A DNA stretch of 64,000 nt from Hyphomicrobiales bacterium (GCA_947455725.1 CANGPL010000007.1:6847-70846), one strand, 5' to 3'; shown: positions 45,758 through 57,433, numbered from the stretch's first letter. A program made the numbers and translations. Notes: generated by a model not told the origin, from the sequence alone.

Positions 45758-46333
45758 ATGACCGAACCTTCTGCCAAAGATGTACGCCGCAAAGAGGCGC
45801 TTGATCGCCGCGGCGCGCTTAGCCCAGCGGATCGGGCAGAATTTTCGCTTCAGATTGCCGAACGGATCATGCCCTTTGCCGATCAAATGGGTGGTGGTCC
45901 TGTGGGCGGCTTCTGGCCCATCCGGACGGAAATCGACCCGCGCCCGGCCCTTCTCAAACTCGATTCAATTGGGCTGCGCGCGGCCCTTCCTGTCGTCACG
46001 CCCTCGGGGCTGATCTTCCGGGCATGGTCAATGGGTGACGCGATGGCGGAAGGGCCGTTCGGCTTACGCGAGCCCGAAGCAACCGCGCCGGAAGTCTCGC
46101 CGCTCGCTCTGCTTGTGCCACTCGCTGCCTTTGACCGGCGGGGCCACCGCATCGGTTATGGCGCGGGCTATTATGATCGCGCGATTGCACGGCTCTCGGC
46201 CATTGGTCCTCTGTTCACCATCGGCATTGCGTTTTCGGTTCAAGAAATCGACCGCGTTCCGGAAGAGCCGCATGACCGATCGCTCAACGCGATTGTGACC
46301 GAAAAAGAGACGATTCTTATTCCGCGCTATTGA
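45758..46333 (+). CDS. 5-formyltetrahydrofolate cyclo-ligase
   Basis: Family pattern (R..AL..R, PVVT...F, VPLAAFDRRGHRIGYGAGYYDR). Start trimmed to ATG 45758. Confidence 0.85.
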   Translation: MTEPSAKDVRRKEALDRRGALSPADRAEFSLQIAERIMPFADQMGGGPVGGFWPIRTEIDPRPALLKLDSIGLRAALPVVTPSGLIFRAWSMGDAMAEGPFGLREPEATAPEVSPLALLVPLAAFDRRGHRIGYGAGYYDRAIARLSAIGPLFTIGIAFSVQEIDRVPEEPHDRSLNAIVTEKETILIPRY

Positions 46334-46339
46334 GGCGTC

Positions 46340-47008
46340 TCAGCCTTCTGCGTTCTGAATAGCGAGCGTTGCTGCGACTGTTCCTGAGACAAAGGCAAAT
46401 AAAGTCAGCGCGATCAGAATTGAAAACGGTGTCATAAAGGGGATCGTCCCACCAAGGGCCGCAGACGTCGCCGATATGCCAAAGATCAGTACTGGGATCA
46501 TCAGCGGCATTACAAGTACGGATAAAATCAATCCGCCGCGTCGCATGCCTGCCGTCAAAGCAGCGCCAATCGCACCGATAAAGGTCAGCGCGGGCGTACC
46601 GACAAGAAGCGTTACAGTGACAGCCAACAAAGCCTTGGGCTCTAGCGCGAGAAGAAGCCCAAGAAAGGGCGCGGCGAGCGCCAGCGGCAAGCCTGTTGAA
46701 ATCCAATGCGCCAACCCTTTTGCCAAGACGATCAGCGGCAATGGCAAAGGCGACATTCGCAAGAGATCAAGCGAGCCGTCTTCATCATCGGCTTGAAAGA
46801 GACGATCAAGGCCGATGAGTGTAGCGAGCAAGGCGGCGACCCATAAAATTGCGGGGCCAATGCGGGCAAGCAAAGCCATGTCAGGCCCGACCGCAAAAGG
46901 CATAATTGTCACCAGCATCAAAAAGAATACGAGGCCTACACCGGCACCGCCACCGATGCGCGCGCCGAGCACCAGATCACGACGAAACAATGCAAGAAAG
47001 GCCGCCAT
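46340..47008 (-). CDS. ccmB: Heme exporter permease CcmB
   Basis: Six-TM protein downstream of ccmA with a typical N-terminus (FRRDL). Confidence 0.9.
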   Translation of the reverse strand: MAAFLALFRRDLVLGARIGGGAGVGLVFFLMLVTIMPFAVGPDMALLARIGPAILWVAALLATLIGLDRLFQADDEDGSLDLLRMSPLPLPLIVLAKGLAHWISTGLPLALAAPFLGLLLALEPKALLAVTVTLLVGTPALTFIGAIGAALTAGMRRGGLILSVLVMPLMIPVLIFGISATSAALGGTIPFMTPFSILIALTLFAFVSGTVAATLAIQNAEG

Positions 47009-47610
47009 TACGCACCCCCTTGCATCGCAAGCGTCTGGGCCGGAAAGCCCAAAGGCGTGTGTGTTGCAACAAGCACCATGCCGCCATTGTTCATATGCTC
47101 GGTAACGAGGCCATTGAACATGGTTTCAGACGCTGCATCGAGCGCAGAAGTTGGCTCATCGAGTAGCCAGATGGTTCGGCGCGAAACGATAAGGCGCGCA
47201 AGAGCGAGACGGCGGCGTTGACCGGCGGAGAGATAGCCCGATGGCAAATGGGCCGCGTGACCAAGACCCACTTGAATCAAGGCTTTGTCAGGATCAAGCA
47301 GAGTACGGCCCAACATAGACTGCCAGAAGGAAAGCGTTTCAAAGGCCGTGAGAGAGGGCTTTAGCGCATCCCGATGACCGAGATAATGCGCCTCTTCATT
47401 GAGCGGTGTTTCGGCGTCACCGCCTTCTAGCGTTAATTGGCCTTCAGAGGGCGGCAGAAGACCTGCAATGATTCGCAAAAGGCTTGATTTACCGACACCA
47501 TTGGGACCCGTCACCGCCAATGCCTCACCCGACTTCAACACGAAATCGAGATCTGAAAAGACCGGTCGGCCTGAGCGAATGGAGGATAAGCCTTTAACAA
47601 CAAGACGCAT
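47008..47610 (-). CDS. ccmA: Heme exporter ATP-binding protein CcmA
   Basis: Walker A GPNGVGKSS, signature LSAGQRRR, Walker B WLLDEP. Confidence 0.9.
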   Translation of the reverse strand: MRLVVKGLSSIRSGRPVFSDLDFVLKSGEALAVTGPNGVGKSSLLRIIAGLLPPSEGQLTLEGGDAETPLNEEAHYLGHRDALKPSLTAFETLSFWQSMLGRTLLDPDKALIQVGLGHAAHLPSGYLSAGQRRRLALARLIVSRRTIWLLDEPTSALDAASETMFNGLVTEHMNNGGMVLVATHTPLGFPAQTLAMQGGA

Positions 47611-47682
47611 AAACCGGTTCCGACGATAAAGGCTGCAATTCGAAATAAAAATTTCACAAAAACCATCTTAAGTCGATGTAGC

Positions 47683-47707
47683 GATATTATCAGAAATTAT
47701 CTATAAT
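47683..47707 (+). promoter_or_regulatory. AT-rich Fur-box-like 19-mer (GATATTATCAGAAATTATC) abutting a perfect TATAAT hexamer upstream of acnA
   Basis: Read directly. About 12/19 matches to the classical Fur consensus by eye. The -35 element is weak. Confidence 0.25.
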
Positions 47708-47827
47708 AGTTCTGCGCCGGTGCGTCGTCTATGAGCGATGCAGGGGGCCTGGGCACTCCCGGGGCGGCGTGATCGCAGAACGTCTAGGACGGATTTGCTT
47801 TAACCAGACCCCAATCGGAGACTTCCT

Positions 47828-50551
47828 ATGTCATCGTTAGACAGCTTCAAATGCCGCAAGAAACTCAAAGTCGGCAGCAAGACCTATGTGTATTATTCGC
47901 TCAAAGCCGCCGAAAAGAACGGTCTGAAGGGCATTTCAAAACTTCCCTTTTCGCTGAAAGTATTGCTCGAAAACCTGTTGCGCTTTGAAGATGGCCGCAC
48001 GGTTACGAAGGCCGATATCAAAGCGGCTGTTGGTTGGTTGAAAACGAAGGGCAAGACGGAAGTTGAAATCGCATTCCGTCCCGCACGCGTTTTGATGCAA
48101 GATTTCACCGGCGTTCCAGCGGTCGTTGATTTGGCGGCCATGCGTGACGCGATGAAAAATTTGGGTGGCGATCCAAAAAAGATCAATCCGCTTGTTCCGG
48201 TTGATCTCGTCATCGACCATTCGGTCATTGTTGATGAGTTTGGCTCGGCAAAGGCGTTTAAAAAGAATGTCGATCTCGAATATGAGCGCAATGGCGAACG
48301 GTATCGCTTTTTGAAATGGGGCCAGCAGGCCTTTGAAAACTTCTCGGTCGTGCCGCCTGATACCGGCATCTGCCATCAGGTGAATTTGGAATATCTCGCG
48401 CAGACCGTCTGGACGCGCAAAGAGAAGATCAAGAACGGCCGTGGCAAGGTTGAATCCGTAGAGATTGCCTATCCCGATACGCTTGTCGGTACCGACTCGC
48501 ACACGACGATGGTCAATGGCTTAGCCGTTCTCGGCTGGGGCGTGGGTGGTATTGAGGCCGAAGCCGCCATGCTTGGCCAGCCGCAATCCATGTTGCTGCC
48601 GGAAGTGATCGGCTTCAAACTCACGGGCAAGCTCAAAGAAGGCATCACGGCGACCGATCTTGTGCTCACCGTCACGCAAATGCTGCGCAAGAAGGGTGTA
48701 GTCAATAAATTCGTCGAGTTCTACGGCCCGGGCCTTAACGCGATGACGCTGGCTGATCGCGCGACCATTGCCAATATGGCACCGGAATATGGCGCGACGT
48801 GTGGCTTCTTCCCCGTGGACACAGAGACGCTGTCTTATCTCACCATGACCAGCCGGAAAAAGGCGCGGGTCGATCTTGTCGAGAAATACGCCAAGGCGCA
48901 GGGCCTGATCCGCACCAAGACGACGCCTGATCCTGTCTTCACCGATACGCTCGAACTTGATCTCGGCTCGGTCATGCCATCGCTTGCCGGACCAAAGCGT
49001 CCGGAAGGCCGCGTGGCTTTAACCGATGCCAAGGCCGGTTTCATTTCGGCAATGGATACCGAATATAAAAAGGCTGCTGATCTCGCTTCGCGCTATAAGG
49101 TTGACGGCAAGAATTTCGACCTTGGTCATGGCGATGTCGTGATTGCTGCGATCACGTCCTGCACCAATACCTCAAACCCATCCGTTTTGATGGGTGCGGG
49201 CCTTTTGGCCCGCAATGCACTTGCTAAAGGCTTGACCGTTAAGCCATGGGTCAAGACATCCCTCGCCCCCGGCTCGCAAGTTGTGGCGGAATATCTTGCC
49301 AAGGCGGGTCTGCAAAAGGACCTTGATAGGCTTGGGTTTAATCTCGTTGGCTTTGGTTGCACGACCTGCATCGGCAATTCGGGCCCGCTGCCTGCCGAGA
49401 TTTCAAAGACCATCAACGATAAGGGGCTTGTGGCTGCGGCTGTTATTTCCGGTAACCGTAACTTTGAGGGCCGCGTATCGCCCGACGTGCAAGCGAACTA
49501 CCTCGCTTCGCCACCGCTTGTTGTGGCTTATGCGCTCGCAGGCTCGTTGCAGATTGATCTGACCAAGGATCCAATCGGCACCGACAAAAAAGGCAAGCCT
49601 GTTTATCTCAAGGACATTTGGCCTTCGAACAAAGAGATCGCCACTTTCATTGCAAAGAACGTGACGAAGGCGATCTTCAAATCGAAATATTCAGACGTCT
49701 TCAAGGGTGATAGCAATTGGCGCAAGGTGAAGACACCGGACAGCCAAACCTATGCGTGGGAAAATGCTTCGACCTATGTGCAAAACCCGCCTTACTTCGT
49801 GGGCATGAGTAAAACGCCAAAGCCCGTTACGGATATTAAGGGTGCAAAGATTTTGGGCCTGTTCGGCGACAAGATCACCACCGACCATATCTCGCCAGCA
49901 GGCTCGATTAAGGCTGCGTCACCTGCGGGCAAATACCTCTTAGCGAATAAGGTCGATCCGGCCGATTTCAACCAATACGGCACCCGCCGTGGTAACCACG
50001 AAGTGATGATGCGCGGCACCTTCGCCAATATCCGCATCAAGAACTTCATGGTGAAGGACGCCGACGGCTCAACGCCTGAAGGCGGTCTCACGATCCATCA
50101 GCCATCCGGCAAGCGTCTGTCGATCTATGACGCAGCGATGGAATATGCGAAGGCGGATGTTCCACTGGTCGTGTTCGCGGGCGTTGAATATGGCAACGGC
50201 TCCTCGCGCGACTGGGCGGCAAAGGGTACTAACCTGTTAGGCGTCCGCGCCGTCATCGCGCAAAGCTTTGAGCGTATCCACCGTTCGAACCTCGTCGGCA
50301 TGGGCGTTGTGCCTTTTGTCTTTGAGGAAGGCACGAGCTGGAAGAATTTGGGCTTAACGGGTGACGAAACGGTCTCGATTCCCGGCCTCACCTCGGTCAA
50401 GCCGCGCCAGAAAATGCATCTTGAAATCACCGATTCCAAAGGCAAGGTGAAGCAAGTGCCCGTGATCTGCCGGATCGATACGCTTGATGAAATCGAGTAT
50501 TTCAAGAATGGCGGTATTTTGCACTATGTGCTGCGGCAGTTAGCGGCTTAA
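47828..50551 (+). CDS. acnA: Aconitate hydratase A
   Basis: 907 aa with typical AcnA sequence, including the Fe-S ligand regions ([20 protein letters not shown]). Confidence 0.97.
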   Translation: MSSLDSFKCRKKLKVGSKTYVYYSLKAAEKNGLKGISKLPFSLKVLLENLLRFEDGRTVTKADIKAAVGWLKTKGKTEVEIAFRPARVLMQDFTGVPAVVDLAAMRDAMKNLGGDPKKINPLVPVDLVIDHSVIVDEFGSAKAFKKNVDLEYERNGERYRFLKWGQQAFENFSVVPPDTGICHQVNLEYLAQTVWTRKEKIKNGRGKVESVEIAYPDTLVGTDSHTTMVNGLAVLGWGVGGIEAEAAMLGQPQSMLLPEVIGFKLTGKLKEGITATDLVLTVTQMLRKKGVVNKFVEFYGPGLNAMTLADRATIANMAPEYGATCGFFPVDTETLSYLTMTSRKKARVDLVEKYAKAQGLIRTKTTPDPVFTDTLELDLGSVMPSLAGPKRPEGRVALTDAKAGFISAMDTEYKKAADLASRYKVDGKNFDLGHGDVVIAAITSCTNTSNPSVLMGAGLLARNALAKGLTVKPWVKTSLAPGSQVVAEYLAKAGLQKDLDRLGFNLVGFGCTTCIGNSGPLPAEISKTINDKGLVAAAVISGNRNFEGRVSPDVQANYLASPPLVVAYALAGSLQIDLTKDPIGTDKKGKPVYLKDIWPSNKEIATFIAKNVTKAIFKSKYSDVFKGDSNWRKVKTPDSQTYAWENASTYVQNPPYFVGMSKTPKPVTDIKGAKILGLFGDKITTDHISPAGSIKAASPAGKYLLANKVDPADFNQYGTRRGNHEVMMRGTFANIRIKNFMVKDADGSTPEGGLTIHQPSGKRLSIYDAAMEYAKADVPLVVFAGVEYGNGSSRDWAAKGTNLLGVRAVIAQSFERIHRSNLVGMGVVPFVFEEGTSWKNLGLTGDETVSIPGLTSVKPRQKMHLEITDSKGKVKQVPVICRIDTLDEIEYFKNGGILHYVLRQLAA

Positions 50552-50577
50552 CACCCCGCTGAATTCGCTAAATAATG

Positions 50578-50616
50578 AAAGCCCCCATCTGAGCAATCCG
50601 GTGGGGGGTTTTTTAC
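50578..50616. terminator. Rho-independent terminator after acnA, possibly bidirectional with the convergent RidA gene
   Basis: GCCCCCA...TGGGGGG followed by TTTTTT. Confidence 0.7.
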
Positions 50617-50633
50617 TGATCCTTTGAAAATCG

Positions 50634-51020
50634 CTAAGGCACGACCCGTGCCGTCACCTCAATCTCAACCTTCATCTCAGGCTTCAGCAATCCGGCAATA
50701 ACATAAATACCCGCTGCTGGCCTTATATCTCGCAACACATCACCGCATACCGCCAGCACCGGCTCGCAATAGGCGCGGTCGGTCACAAAATATTGCGCGC
50801 GCACAATCTGCCCCATAGACGAACCCGCTTCTTTTAAAACGGATTCAACGGTGCGAAAAATATTGCGCGTCTGCTCCGCAGGGTCCTCAGGCATGACCAT
50901 CGTTATATAATCATAACCCGTTGTGCCGGAGATGAAGATCAAATCGCCATCCACAACGGCGCGGGAATAACCAAACGCCTTTTCAAAAGGCGAGCCGGTC
51001 GAGATTAAACGGCGTGTCAT
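50634..51020 (-). CDS. RidA/YjgF-family protein
   Basis: 128 aa with a YjgF-like pattern (ISGTTG..., VEIEVTA). Confidence 0.85.
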   Translation of the reverse strand: MTRRLISTGSPFEKAFGYSRAVVDGDLIFISGTTGYDYITMVMPEDPAEQTRNIFRTVESVLKEAGSSMGQIVRAQYFVTDRAYCEPVLAVCGDVLRDIRPAAGIYVIAGLLKPEMKVEIEVTARVVP

Positions 51021-51030
51021 CAGTTCAATC

Positions 51031-52350
51031 TCAATTTAAAATAGGCGACCAGGCAGGGTCAGAGCCAAAAGAGGGCGTTGGCACAGGCAGTTCAACACGG
51101 CCTGTCACATCCACCATGAAAATGCGCGCACCGGTGCCGCCGCCTTGGTCGCGGAAAAACATGAGATAGCGGCCATTCGGGGCCCATGTGGGCCCTTCAT
51201 TGTGAAAGCCTTCCGTCAGAATACGCTCGCCCGAGCCATCAGGCTTCATGATGCCAATGGCAAATTGGCCGCCTTTTTGGCGCGTAAACGCGATATAATC
51301 ACCCTTAGGCGACCACACAGGCGTCGAATAGCGCGCGCCATCGCTGAAGGAAATGCGCTTGGCGCCGCCGCCCGATGCCGACATCACATAGATTTGCTGC
51401 GTACCACCGCGATCCGATTCAAACACAATTTGCGAACCGTCGGGCGAGTAAGAGGGCGAGGTATCAATGGCTGGCGTATCGGTGAGACGCGTCGTTGTCC
51501 GTGTCCGCAAATCCATTGTGTAGATATTACTCGCAGCACCCTGAGCGAGGCTCATAATCACCTTCTGGCCATCGGGGGAAAAGCGCGGTGAAAAGGTCAT
51601 GCCGGGGAAATTGCCGACGACTTCACGCTGTCCGGTATCAATATTGAGCAAATAGACCTTTGGGTCGCCCTCACCAAACGCCATATAGGCAACTTCTTGC
51701 TGCGTTGGTGAAAAGCGAGGCGTAACGGCTAATTCATCGCCTTTGGTCAGATAACGGGCATTCGCACCGTCTTGATCCATAATCGCCAACCGCTTGACGC
51801 GCTTATCCTTCGGGCCCGTTTCATCGACGAAAACAACATGCGTATCGAAGAAGCCTTTTTCGCCCGTCAGCCGCGAATAAACACCGTCCGAAATAATATG
51901 CGATACACGGCGCCACAGCGTTGGATCGGTCAGATATTGTTGGCCTGCCAATTGCTGACCGGAAAGAACATCCCATAGACGATATTCGGTTTTCATTTTA
52001 CCAGACGCATCTTTGGTAACGCGTCCTGTCACCAGCGCTTGTGCGTTAATCGCCTTCCATGATGCAAAATTTGGAACGGCGTCGAAATTCGGCGTCTTAT
52101 CGATGAAGGCCGCTTTATCGATCGGTTGAAACACGCCGGAGCGCTTTAGATTATTAATAATCACCGCGCTAATTTGCGCATTCATGGCCGCATCCGCACC
52201 GACAAAATCGGTAATCGCAATCGGCATCGGCTGGAAATTACCTTTGTCGATGGTAATCGCCAATTCGGCTCGCGCGGCTGTAACAGTCAAACCGATGAGG
52301 AGCGCTGCGATCAAGCGAACCGGGGCAGAGAAAAGATGAGCCATCGTCAT
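51031..52350 (-). CDS. tolB: Tol-Pal system beta-propeller protein TolB
   Basis: Signal peptide and repeated PxFSPDG/WSPxG blades. The start was trimmed to ATG 52350, which follows GAGG. Confidence 0.93.
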   Translation of the reverse strand: MTMAHLFSAPVRLIAALLIGLTVTAARAELAITIDKGNFQPMPIAITDFVGADAAMNAQISAVIINNLKRSGVFQPIDKAAFIDKTPNFDAVPNFASWKAINAQALVTGRVTKDASGKMKTEYRLWDVLSGQQLAGQQYLTDPTLWRRVSHIISDGVYSRLTGEKGFFDTHVVFVDETGPKDKRVKRLAIMDQDGANARYLTKGDELAVTPRFSPTQQEVAYMAFGEGDPKVYLLNIDTGQREVVGNFPGMTFSPRFSPDGQKVIMSLAQGAASNIYTMDLRTRTTTRLTDTPAIDTSPSYSPDGSQIVFESDRGGTQQIYVMSASGGGAKRISFSDGARYSTPVWSPKGDYIAFTRQKGGQFAIGIMKPDGSGERILTEGFHNEGPTWAPNGRYLMFFRDQGGGTGARIFMVDVTGRVELPVPTPSFGSDPAWSPILN

Positions 52351-52396
52351 TAGCCTCAACGAACAAAGGGGAAAAACGAGTAAAGGAACCGCATCA

Positions 52397-53398
52397 TCAC
52401 GCATCCTTCAAGGTGAAGCTTAAAATCACGCTGCGCCATTCGCCGTAAAACGTTTTGAAATTTTTCGGCAGCATGTCAAAGGGCGCGGCGCAACCGCTAA
52501 TCGAGCGAATAGCACTTTCCTCAATCGCGCGCGCTGTTGCGTCCGATGAGGGATTTTCAACGGTTGGTTGACCATCCAACGAACCATCCTCGCGCAGCCT
52601 GATGCGGATTTGCGGCGCCGGGCGATTAGGATCAGGAAATAGATTGGCCAGCTTCCAGCAATCGGTAACTTTTTTGTAAATATAGCCATTGATCTGATCA
52701 ATCTGGCTAAGGCTTAATTTTGCAGCGGCCCCGGTTGCCGTACCGGCTGCGGAATTCTTTGACGTTTCAGAAGCGGTAGACGCCATTTTTTGCGGCGCTT
52801 CCTTCGATATCAAAAGCTTTTGAAGCGCTGCCGGATCAAACGCCGTCGTAGGCGTCTTCGGCGCTTCCACGGGCTTTGGTGGTTGCGCCTTTTTGTCCTG
52901 CTCGATGAGCTTGGCCAATGGATCCACCTCAGCCTTAGGAGGCTGTGGTTTAGGTTCTGGTTTTGGTGGCGGCGCTTGCTTCAAGCCTTCGGGCTTAGGC
53001 TCAGGCGGAGCCGGATCGGGCTTGGGTTCTGGTGCCACGGGGGTTGGCGCGGGAGGCGGCGTCGGTGCGGGCTTTGGATCGGGCGCTGGTTGCGGCTCGG
53101 GCGCTTTTGCGGGTGGGGTTGGGATGTCCTTTTTCGCGTCTGCCGTTTCTTGCTTGATCAGCTCTTCTTCAGCCACTTTATCGGCTTTGATCTTGGCGTC
53201 CGGCTTGATCTCTTTGACCGTCTTATCACCCTTGGTCATTTTGGTGAGCTCATCGGCGGTCACCATTTCAACGGCGATGGATTCGGGCTGATCTTCAAAT
53301 TTTGGCGTGTTTGAAAACGCGATCAAGGTTGCAAGCAAAAGCCCTGCGTGAATCGCAGCGGAGAGTGGAACACCAGGTTCGGACCAATTGATCTTCAC
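52397..53398 (-). CDS. tolA: TolA-like protein (N-terminal TM anchor, Pro/Lys/Ala-rich linker, C-terminal domain)
   Basis: Position between tolR and tolB, plus the linker [28 protein letters not shown]. Confidence 0.7.
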   Translation of the reverse strand: MKINWSEPGVPLSAAIHAGLLLATLIAFSNTPKFEDQPESIAVEMVTADELTKMTKGDKTVKEIKPDAKIKADKVAEEELIKQETADAKKDIPTPPAKAPEPQPAPDPKPAPTPPPAPTPVAPEPKPDPAPPEPKPEGLKQAPPPKPEPKPQPPKAEVDPLAKLIEQDKKAQPPKPVEAPKTPTTAFDPAALQKLLISKEAPQKMASTASETSKNSAAGTATGAAAKLSLSQIDQINGYIYKKVTDCWKLANLFPDPNRPAPQIRIRLREDGSLDGQPTVENPSSDATARAIEESAIRSISGCAAPFDMLPKNFKTFYGEWRSVILSFTLKDA

Positions 53399-53424
53399 CG
53401 CCTAAAATCCATTCCGTCTTGCCA

Positions 53425-53880
53425 TTATTTGGTCGGTTGCGGTTCGTTGACGAGCGCAACTTTTTTGTAACCGGCGGAGGTGAGAACGGCCATCAAATCG
53501 GCAACCTTGCCATAGGCGACCGTCTTATCACCGCGCACAAAAATACGTTCTTCCGGGCCTGTTTTTGCAATGGCTTGTAATTTCGGAAGCAAATCCGTTT
53601 GCGTCACTTCTGTATCCATCAAAAACAATTTGCCATCTGCTTTGATCGAAACAATCAAAGGCTGCTTATCGACATTCAGAGCCGCCGCAGCGGTCTGCGG
53701 AAGATCGAGCGGAACGCCTGTTGTGAGCAAAGGGGCTGCGACCATGAAGATGATCAACAGCACCAACATCACATCGATGAACGGCGTCATATTAATATCC
53801 GACATCGGGCGGTGCTTGCGCCCGCCCCGTCTGCCACGTCTACCGCCACCGCCGCCTGGAGCGGCTGCTGCCATTGCCAT
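53425..53880 (-). CDS. tolR: TolR (ExbD/TolR family)
   Basis: INMTPFIDVMLVLLIIFMV motif. Confidence 0.88.
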   Translation of the reverse strand: MAMAAAAPGGGGGRRGRRGGRKHRPMSDINMTPFIDVMLVLLIIFMVAAPLLTTGVPLDLPQTAAAALNVDKQPLIVSIKADGKLFLMDTEVTQTDLLPKLQAIAKTGPEERIFVRGDKTVAYGKVADLMAVLTSAGYKKVALVNEPQPTK

Positions 53881-53894
53881 CGCGTGCTGCTCCC

Positions 53895-54602
53895 TTAGTT
53901 CGGAATTCGTTCGTCGATGTGACGCGAAAGAATGGCGGAAAACTCATCGGCAAAGCCTTCAAGCCGGGCCTGTTGCTTGGCCGCGCGGGCTTGCAACCAA
54001 TTATAGGCGATAACCGCCGGGATCGCCGCGAAAAGGCCAATGGCGGTTGCAAACAAAGCCTCGGCGATACCGGGTGCCACGACGGCAAGCGATGTGTTTT
54101 TCGATGCGGCAATCGAGCGAAACGCAGTCATAATGCCCCATACCGTGCCAAACAGTCCAATAAACGGAGCGGATGCGCCAATGGTTGCCAGCACCAATAA
54201 TTTTGATTCAAGCCGGCCGACTTCACGCTGGATAGTAACGTCCAACACCTTGTCGATGCGCTGGGCGAGATTGACGAAGGAACTGCCCGTGGCCTGCAGC
54301 GAGCGCTTCCATTCGCCCATCGCTGCCATAAAGACGGACGCCATATCATGCGTCTCGCGGTCTTTCAGCGTCGCATAAAGATCATCAAGCGATTCACCCG
54401 ACCAGAAGACATCCTCGAACCGATCCATTGCATTTTGGGTACGGGCATAGAGGAAGGATTTGTCGATGATGATACCCCAGCACCAAATGGACGCACCGAG
54501 AAGACCCAGCATCACAAGCTTAACCACAAAGGCTGCTTGATAAAACATCGTCCAGAGCGTGATGTCGCTAGAGGCGGCGGCAACGATATCAGTAGCGTCC
54601 AT
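53895..54602 (-). CDS. tolQ: TolQ (MotA/TolQ/ExbB proton channel)
   Basis: Three TM segments and [19 protein letters not shown]. Start trimmed to ATG 54602. Confidence 0.92.
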   Translation of the reverse strand: MDATDIVAAASSDITLWTMFYQAAFVVKLVMLGLLGASIWCWGIIIDKSFLYARTQNAMDRFEDVFWSGESLDDLYATLKDRETHDMASVFMAAMGEWKRSLQATGSSFVNLAQRIDKVLDVTIQREVGRLESKLLVLATIGASAPFIGLFGTVWGIMTAFRSIAASKNTSLAVVAPGIAEALFATAIGLFAAIPAVIAYNWLQARAAKQQARLEGFADEFSAILSRHIDERIPN

Positions 54603-54809
54603 GATGGTGCAGATCCTTGAAGTCGACAAAACAGATGAGGCTCTATCGAGTGGGCCGCGACATCGGCCAGCCCCTCCTTCACGCAACATTTGGGCGAAAC
54701 AAGGGCCAAACCGAATCGGACCTATCAGAGCCAGGCCGAGATACCCTCTGTTAAGACATCATCAAGGTTAATAAGCGGTTACGAAACGCTGTTTTTGGTC
54801 CCTAGCGGC

Positions 54810-55217
54810 TTAGTTTGAGCCGAGCTTTTCGCGTAATGCGGGTGTAAGGCGCGCAGCCTTTCCGTTCTGAACCAAGGCCACCAATACTTCCGCCGTGAGC
54901 AGCACGGTATCGCCTAAGGTGATACGCTGACCGAGCAGCAGTGAGGCACCACGCAGCGTATCAACCCACGTCTCAACATTTACCAGATCATCCATACGGG
55001 CGGGCTTAAGCCAATCAATCGTCATCCGCCGGACGGCGAAGGCCAGAGCGCCTTCATCCCCATGTAAAGCGGCCTGATGCACGCCAAGATCACGCAGCAT
55101 TTCGGTGCGGCCACGCTCGAGAAACCGTAAATAAGATGCGTGATAAACGACGCCGGAAAAATCCGTGTCTTCGTAATAGATCCGGATGGGGAGGATGTGG
55201 GGCACGTTTAATGTCAT
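54810..55217 (-). CDS. ybgC: Tol-Pal-associated acyl-CoA thioesterase YbgC
   Basis: 4HBT hot-dog motif IRIYYEDTDFSGVVYHASYLRF. Start trimmed. Confidence 0.85.
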   Translation of the reverse strand: MTLNVPHILPIRIYYEDTDFSGVVYHASYLRFLERGRTEMLRDLGVHQAALHGDEGALAFAVRRMTIDWLKPARMDDLVNVETWVDTLRGASLLLGQRITLGDTVLLTAEVLVALVQNGKAARLTPALREKLGSN

Positions 55218-55246
55218 ACGTTGCGTATCGGCAGCAATTGAATATT

Positions 55247-55468
55247 TTATCCGGCGTTCAAAAGAGCACGCGTCGGTTCGGGGACGGTTTGTCCCCACGC
55301 TTTAGCGGCTTCAATCCATGCATTGATAGCATCTTGAACATTGTGTAACGCCTCTTCCGGCGTCTCACCGTCTGAGATACAGCCCGGAAGATCGGGCACG
55401 GTCGCAAGGTAACCTCCGCCATCGTCAGCGGATAGTTTTTCAATTCGAACAGTATAATCAAGGCTCAT
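55247..55468 (-). CDS. hicB: HicB-family antitoxin
   Basis: GGGYLATVPDLPGCISDGETPEEALHNVQDAINAWIE pattern. Confidence 0.8.
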   Translation of the reverse strand: MSLDYTVRIEKLSADDGGGYLATVPDLPGCISDGETPEEALHNVQDAINAWIEAAKAWGQTVPEPTRALLNAG

Positions 55469-55713
55469 ATTTTGCCTCCATATTCGTCAATATAGCGCAC
55501 AAATTTACGAATGTAGACCGTTTTGATTGGTCGACGCGCTGGTATCGTCAGAATCAGCCTTGCCGATGGATGTTTTATCTGGACGTGTGACGTTCCGGAG
55601 CCGGGACGAAACAAAAAGCCATAACGCTTACAGAGCGTCTGAACGTCGCTGATGGTCCAATCCCCCATCGGGCTTCGACGCATCCTTTCTAAAAGATCAT
55701 TATCCTTTGTCAT
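55465..55713 (-). CDS. hicA: HicA-like toxin (YcfA/HicA mRNA interferase family)
   Basis: GSGTSHVQIKHP...LTIPARRPIK pattern. Overlaps hicB by 4 nt. Confidence 0.7.
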   Translation of the reverse strand: MTKDNDLLERMRRSPMGDWTISDVQTLCKRYGFLFRPGSGTSHVQIKHPSARLILTIPARRPIKTVYIRKFVRYIDEYGGKI

Positions 55714-55784
55714 CCAATACTGCCCAATTCAAAATGAGAACGCAGCACAGAACAACAAAGCGAGTTTATTCCAGACCTTACGGC

Positions 55785-56822
55785 TTATTCCCCATCATCC
55801 GCAAACAAGCCAAATTGCGGCGTCTCGCGCTTTGGTTCCACAAGACCCAGATGTCTGAAGGCTGCGGCTGTCAGCACGCGCCCGCGTGGGGTGCGTTGCA
55901 AGAAGCCCTGCTGGATGAGGTAAGGCTCGATAATATCTTCAATTGCGTCGCGCGGTTCGGAGAGAGCGGCTGCAATGGTCTCAATACCAACGGGGCCGCC
56001 GCCAAAACTGACAGCGACTTGGTTGAGGTAGCGCTGGTCCATAACATCGAGCCCAATCGCGTCAACATCGAGCATACCGAGTGCTTTATCGGCCACCGCG
56101 CGGGTAACGGCTTCCACACCATCGACAATCGCAAAATCGCGCACACGGCGCAGCAATCGGCCTGCAATACGCGGCGTGCCGCGCGCGCGTTTGGCGATTT
56201 CGTTGGCACCATCATCGGTCATGGGTACGCCCAACACGCGCGCACCGCGCCGCACGATCAAATCGAGTTCTTCGACGGTATAAAAATTCAAGCGAATAGG
56301 AATGCCAAAGCGATCCCTAAGCGGCGTGGTCAAAAGCCCTGCGCGTGTCGTGGCCCCGACAAGCGTAAATTTTGCAAGATCGATTTTAACCGAACGCGCC
56401 GCCGGACCCTCACCGATAATCAGATCGAGCTGGAAATCTTCCATTGCCGGATAGAGAATTTCTTCGACCGCAGAGTTTAAACGATGAATTTCATCGATAA
56501 ACAAAACATCACGCTCTTCGAGATTGGTAAGTTGCGCGGCCAGATCACCCGCTTTCGCAATCACAGGACCTGAGGTTGAACGAAAATTCACACCCAATTC
56601 GCGGGCGACAATCTGCGCCAAAGTTGTTTTGCCTAAGCCCGGAGGACCCACAAACAACACATGATCCAAAGCATCTTTGCGGGCTTTTGCAGCCTCGATA
56701 AAGACTTTTAAATTCGCGCGCGCCGCCGCTTGGCCGGTAAAATCATCCAAAACCAAAGGGCGCAAGGACCTATCGAGATCGTCCTCGCGCTTTTCCGCAC
56801 TCATCAGGCCTGGACGCGTCAC
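55785..56822 (-). CDS. ruvB: Holliday junction helicase RuvB
   Basis: [16 protein letters not shown] and typical RuvB sequence. Confidence 0.97.
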   Translation of the reverse strand: MTRPGLMSAEKREDDLDRSLRPLVLDDFTGQAAARANLKVFIEAAKARKDALDHVLFVGPPGLGKTTLAQIVARELGVNFRSTSGPVIAKAGDLAAQLTNLEERDVLFIDEIHRLNSAVEEILYPAMEDFQLDLIIGEGPAARSVKIDLAKFTLVGATTRAGLLTTPLRDRFGIPIRLNFYTVEELDLIVRRGARVLGVPMTDDGANEIAKRARGTPRIAGRLLRRVRDFAIVDGVEAVTRAVADKALGMLDVDAIGLDVMDQRYLNQVAVSFGGGPVGIETIAAALSEPRDAIEDIIEPYLIQQGFLQRTPRGRVLTAAAFRHLGLVEPKRETPQFGLFADDGE

Positions 56823-57433
56823 TTAGCCAACTCCTTCAAGCCTTGCCGAATTAGCGCGGAGGTTTCTGCGCCATCGCCTAAGGTTTTCACCGCTGCCGCA
56901 ATTGCTGTCATCGCATGGGCCTGCGGATAGCCGAGATTGGCGAGTGCCGAAACAGCATCGGCGACAGGCTTTGGCGCCGCGCGCTCGGATAGCGATGTCG
57001 CGAGCGTTGAAAGGCCTAAATCAATACCGGTTAGCGCGGGCGATTTATCCTTTAATTCCGAAACAATGCGTTGCGCGAGCTTTGGCCCAACACCCGGTGC
57101 GCGCGCGACCATCGCTTTATCGCCTGTACCAATAGCGGTTGCAATTTCACCGCCGGTCATGATCGACAAGATGGCCAACGCGACTTTGGCGCCGACGCCC
57201 TGCACGCTCTGCAGCAAACGGAACCATTCGCGCTCTTGTTCCGTCGCGAAACCAAACAAACGAATGGCATCTTCGCGTACTTGCGTTTCGATGAATAAAA
57301 CAGCGGCCTCGCCATTCACGAGCGATTGGAGCGTGCGCGAAGAGCCCTGCACGACATAGCCAACGCCATGCACATCAATGATCGCATGGTCCTCACCAAT
57401 GCCATCAACGGTGCCTTTGAGTTTGCCGATCAT
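56819..57433 (-). CDS. ruvA: Holliday junction DNA-binding protein RuvA
   Basis: [11 protein letters not shown]-terminus and HhH motifs ([22 protein letters not shown]). Confidence 0.95.
   Translation of the reverse strand: MIGKLKGTVDGIGEDHAIIDVHGVGYVVQGSSRTLQSLVNGEAAVLFIETQVREDAIRLFGFATEQEREWFRLLQSVQGVGAKVALAILSIMTGGEIATAIGTGDKAMVARAPGVGPKLAQRIVSELKDKSPALTGIDLGLSTLATSLSERAAPKPVADAVSALANLGYPQAHAMTAIAAAVKTLGDGAETSALIRQGLKELAK

Noticed and set aside
52790-53314. Plus-strand ORFs (174 and 132 aa) rich in Gly/Arg/Leu opposite tolA
   Set aside because: They are the complement of the Pro/Lys/Ala-rich TolA linker, a compositional artefact.
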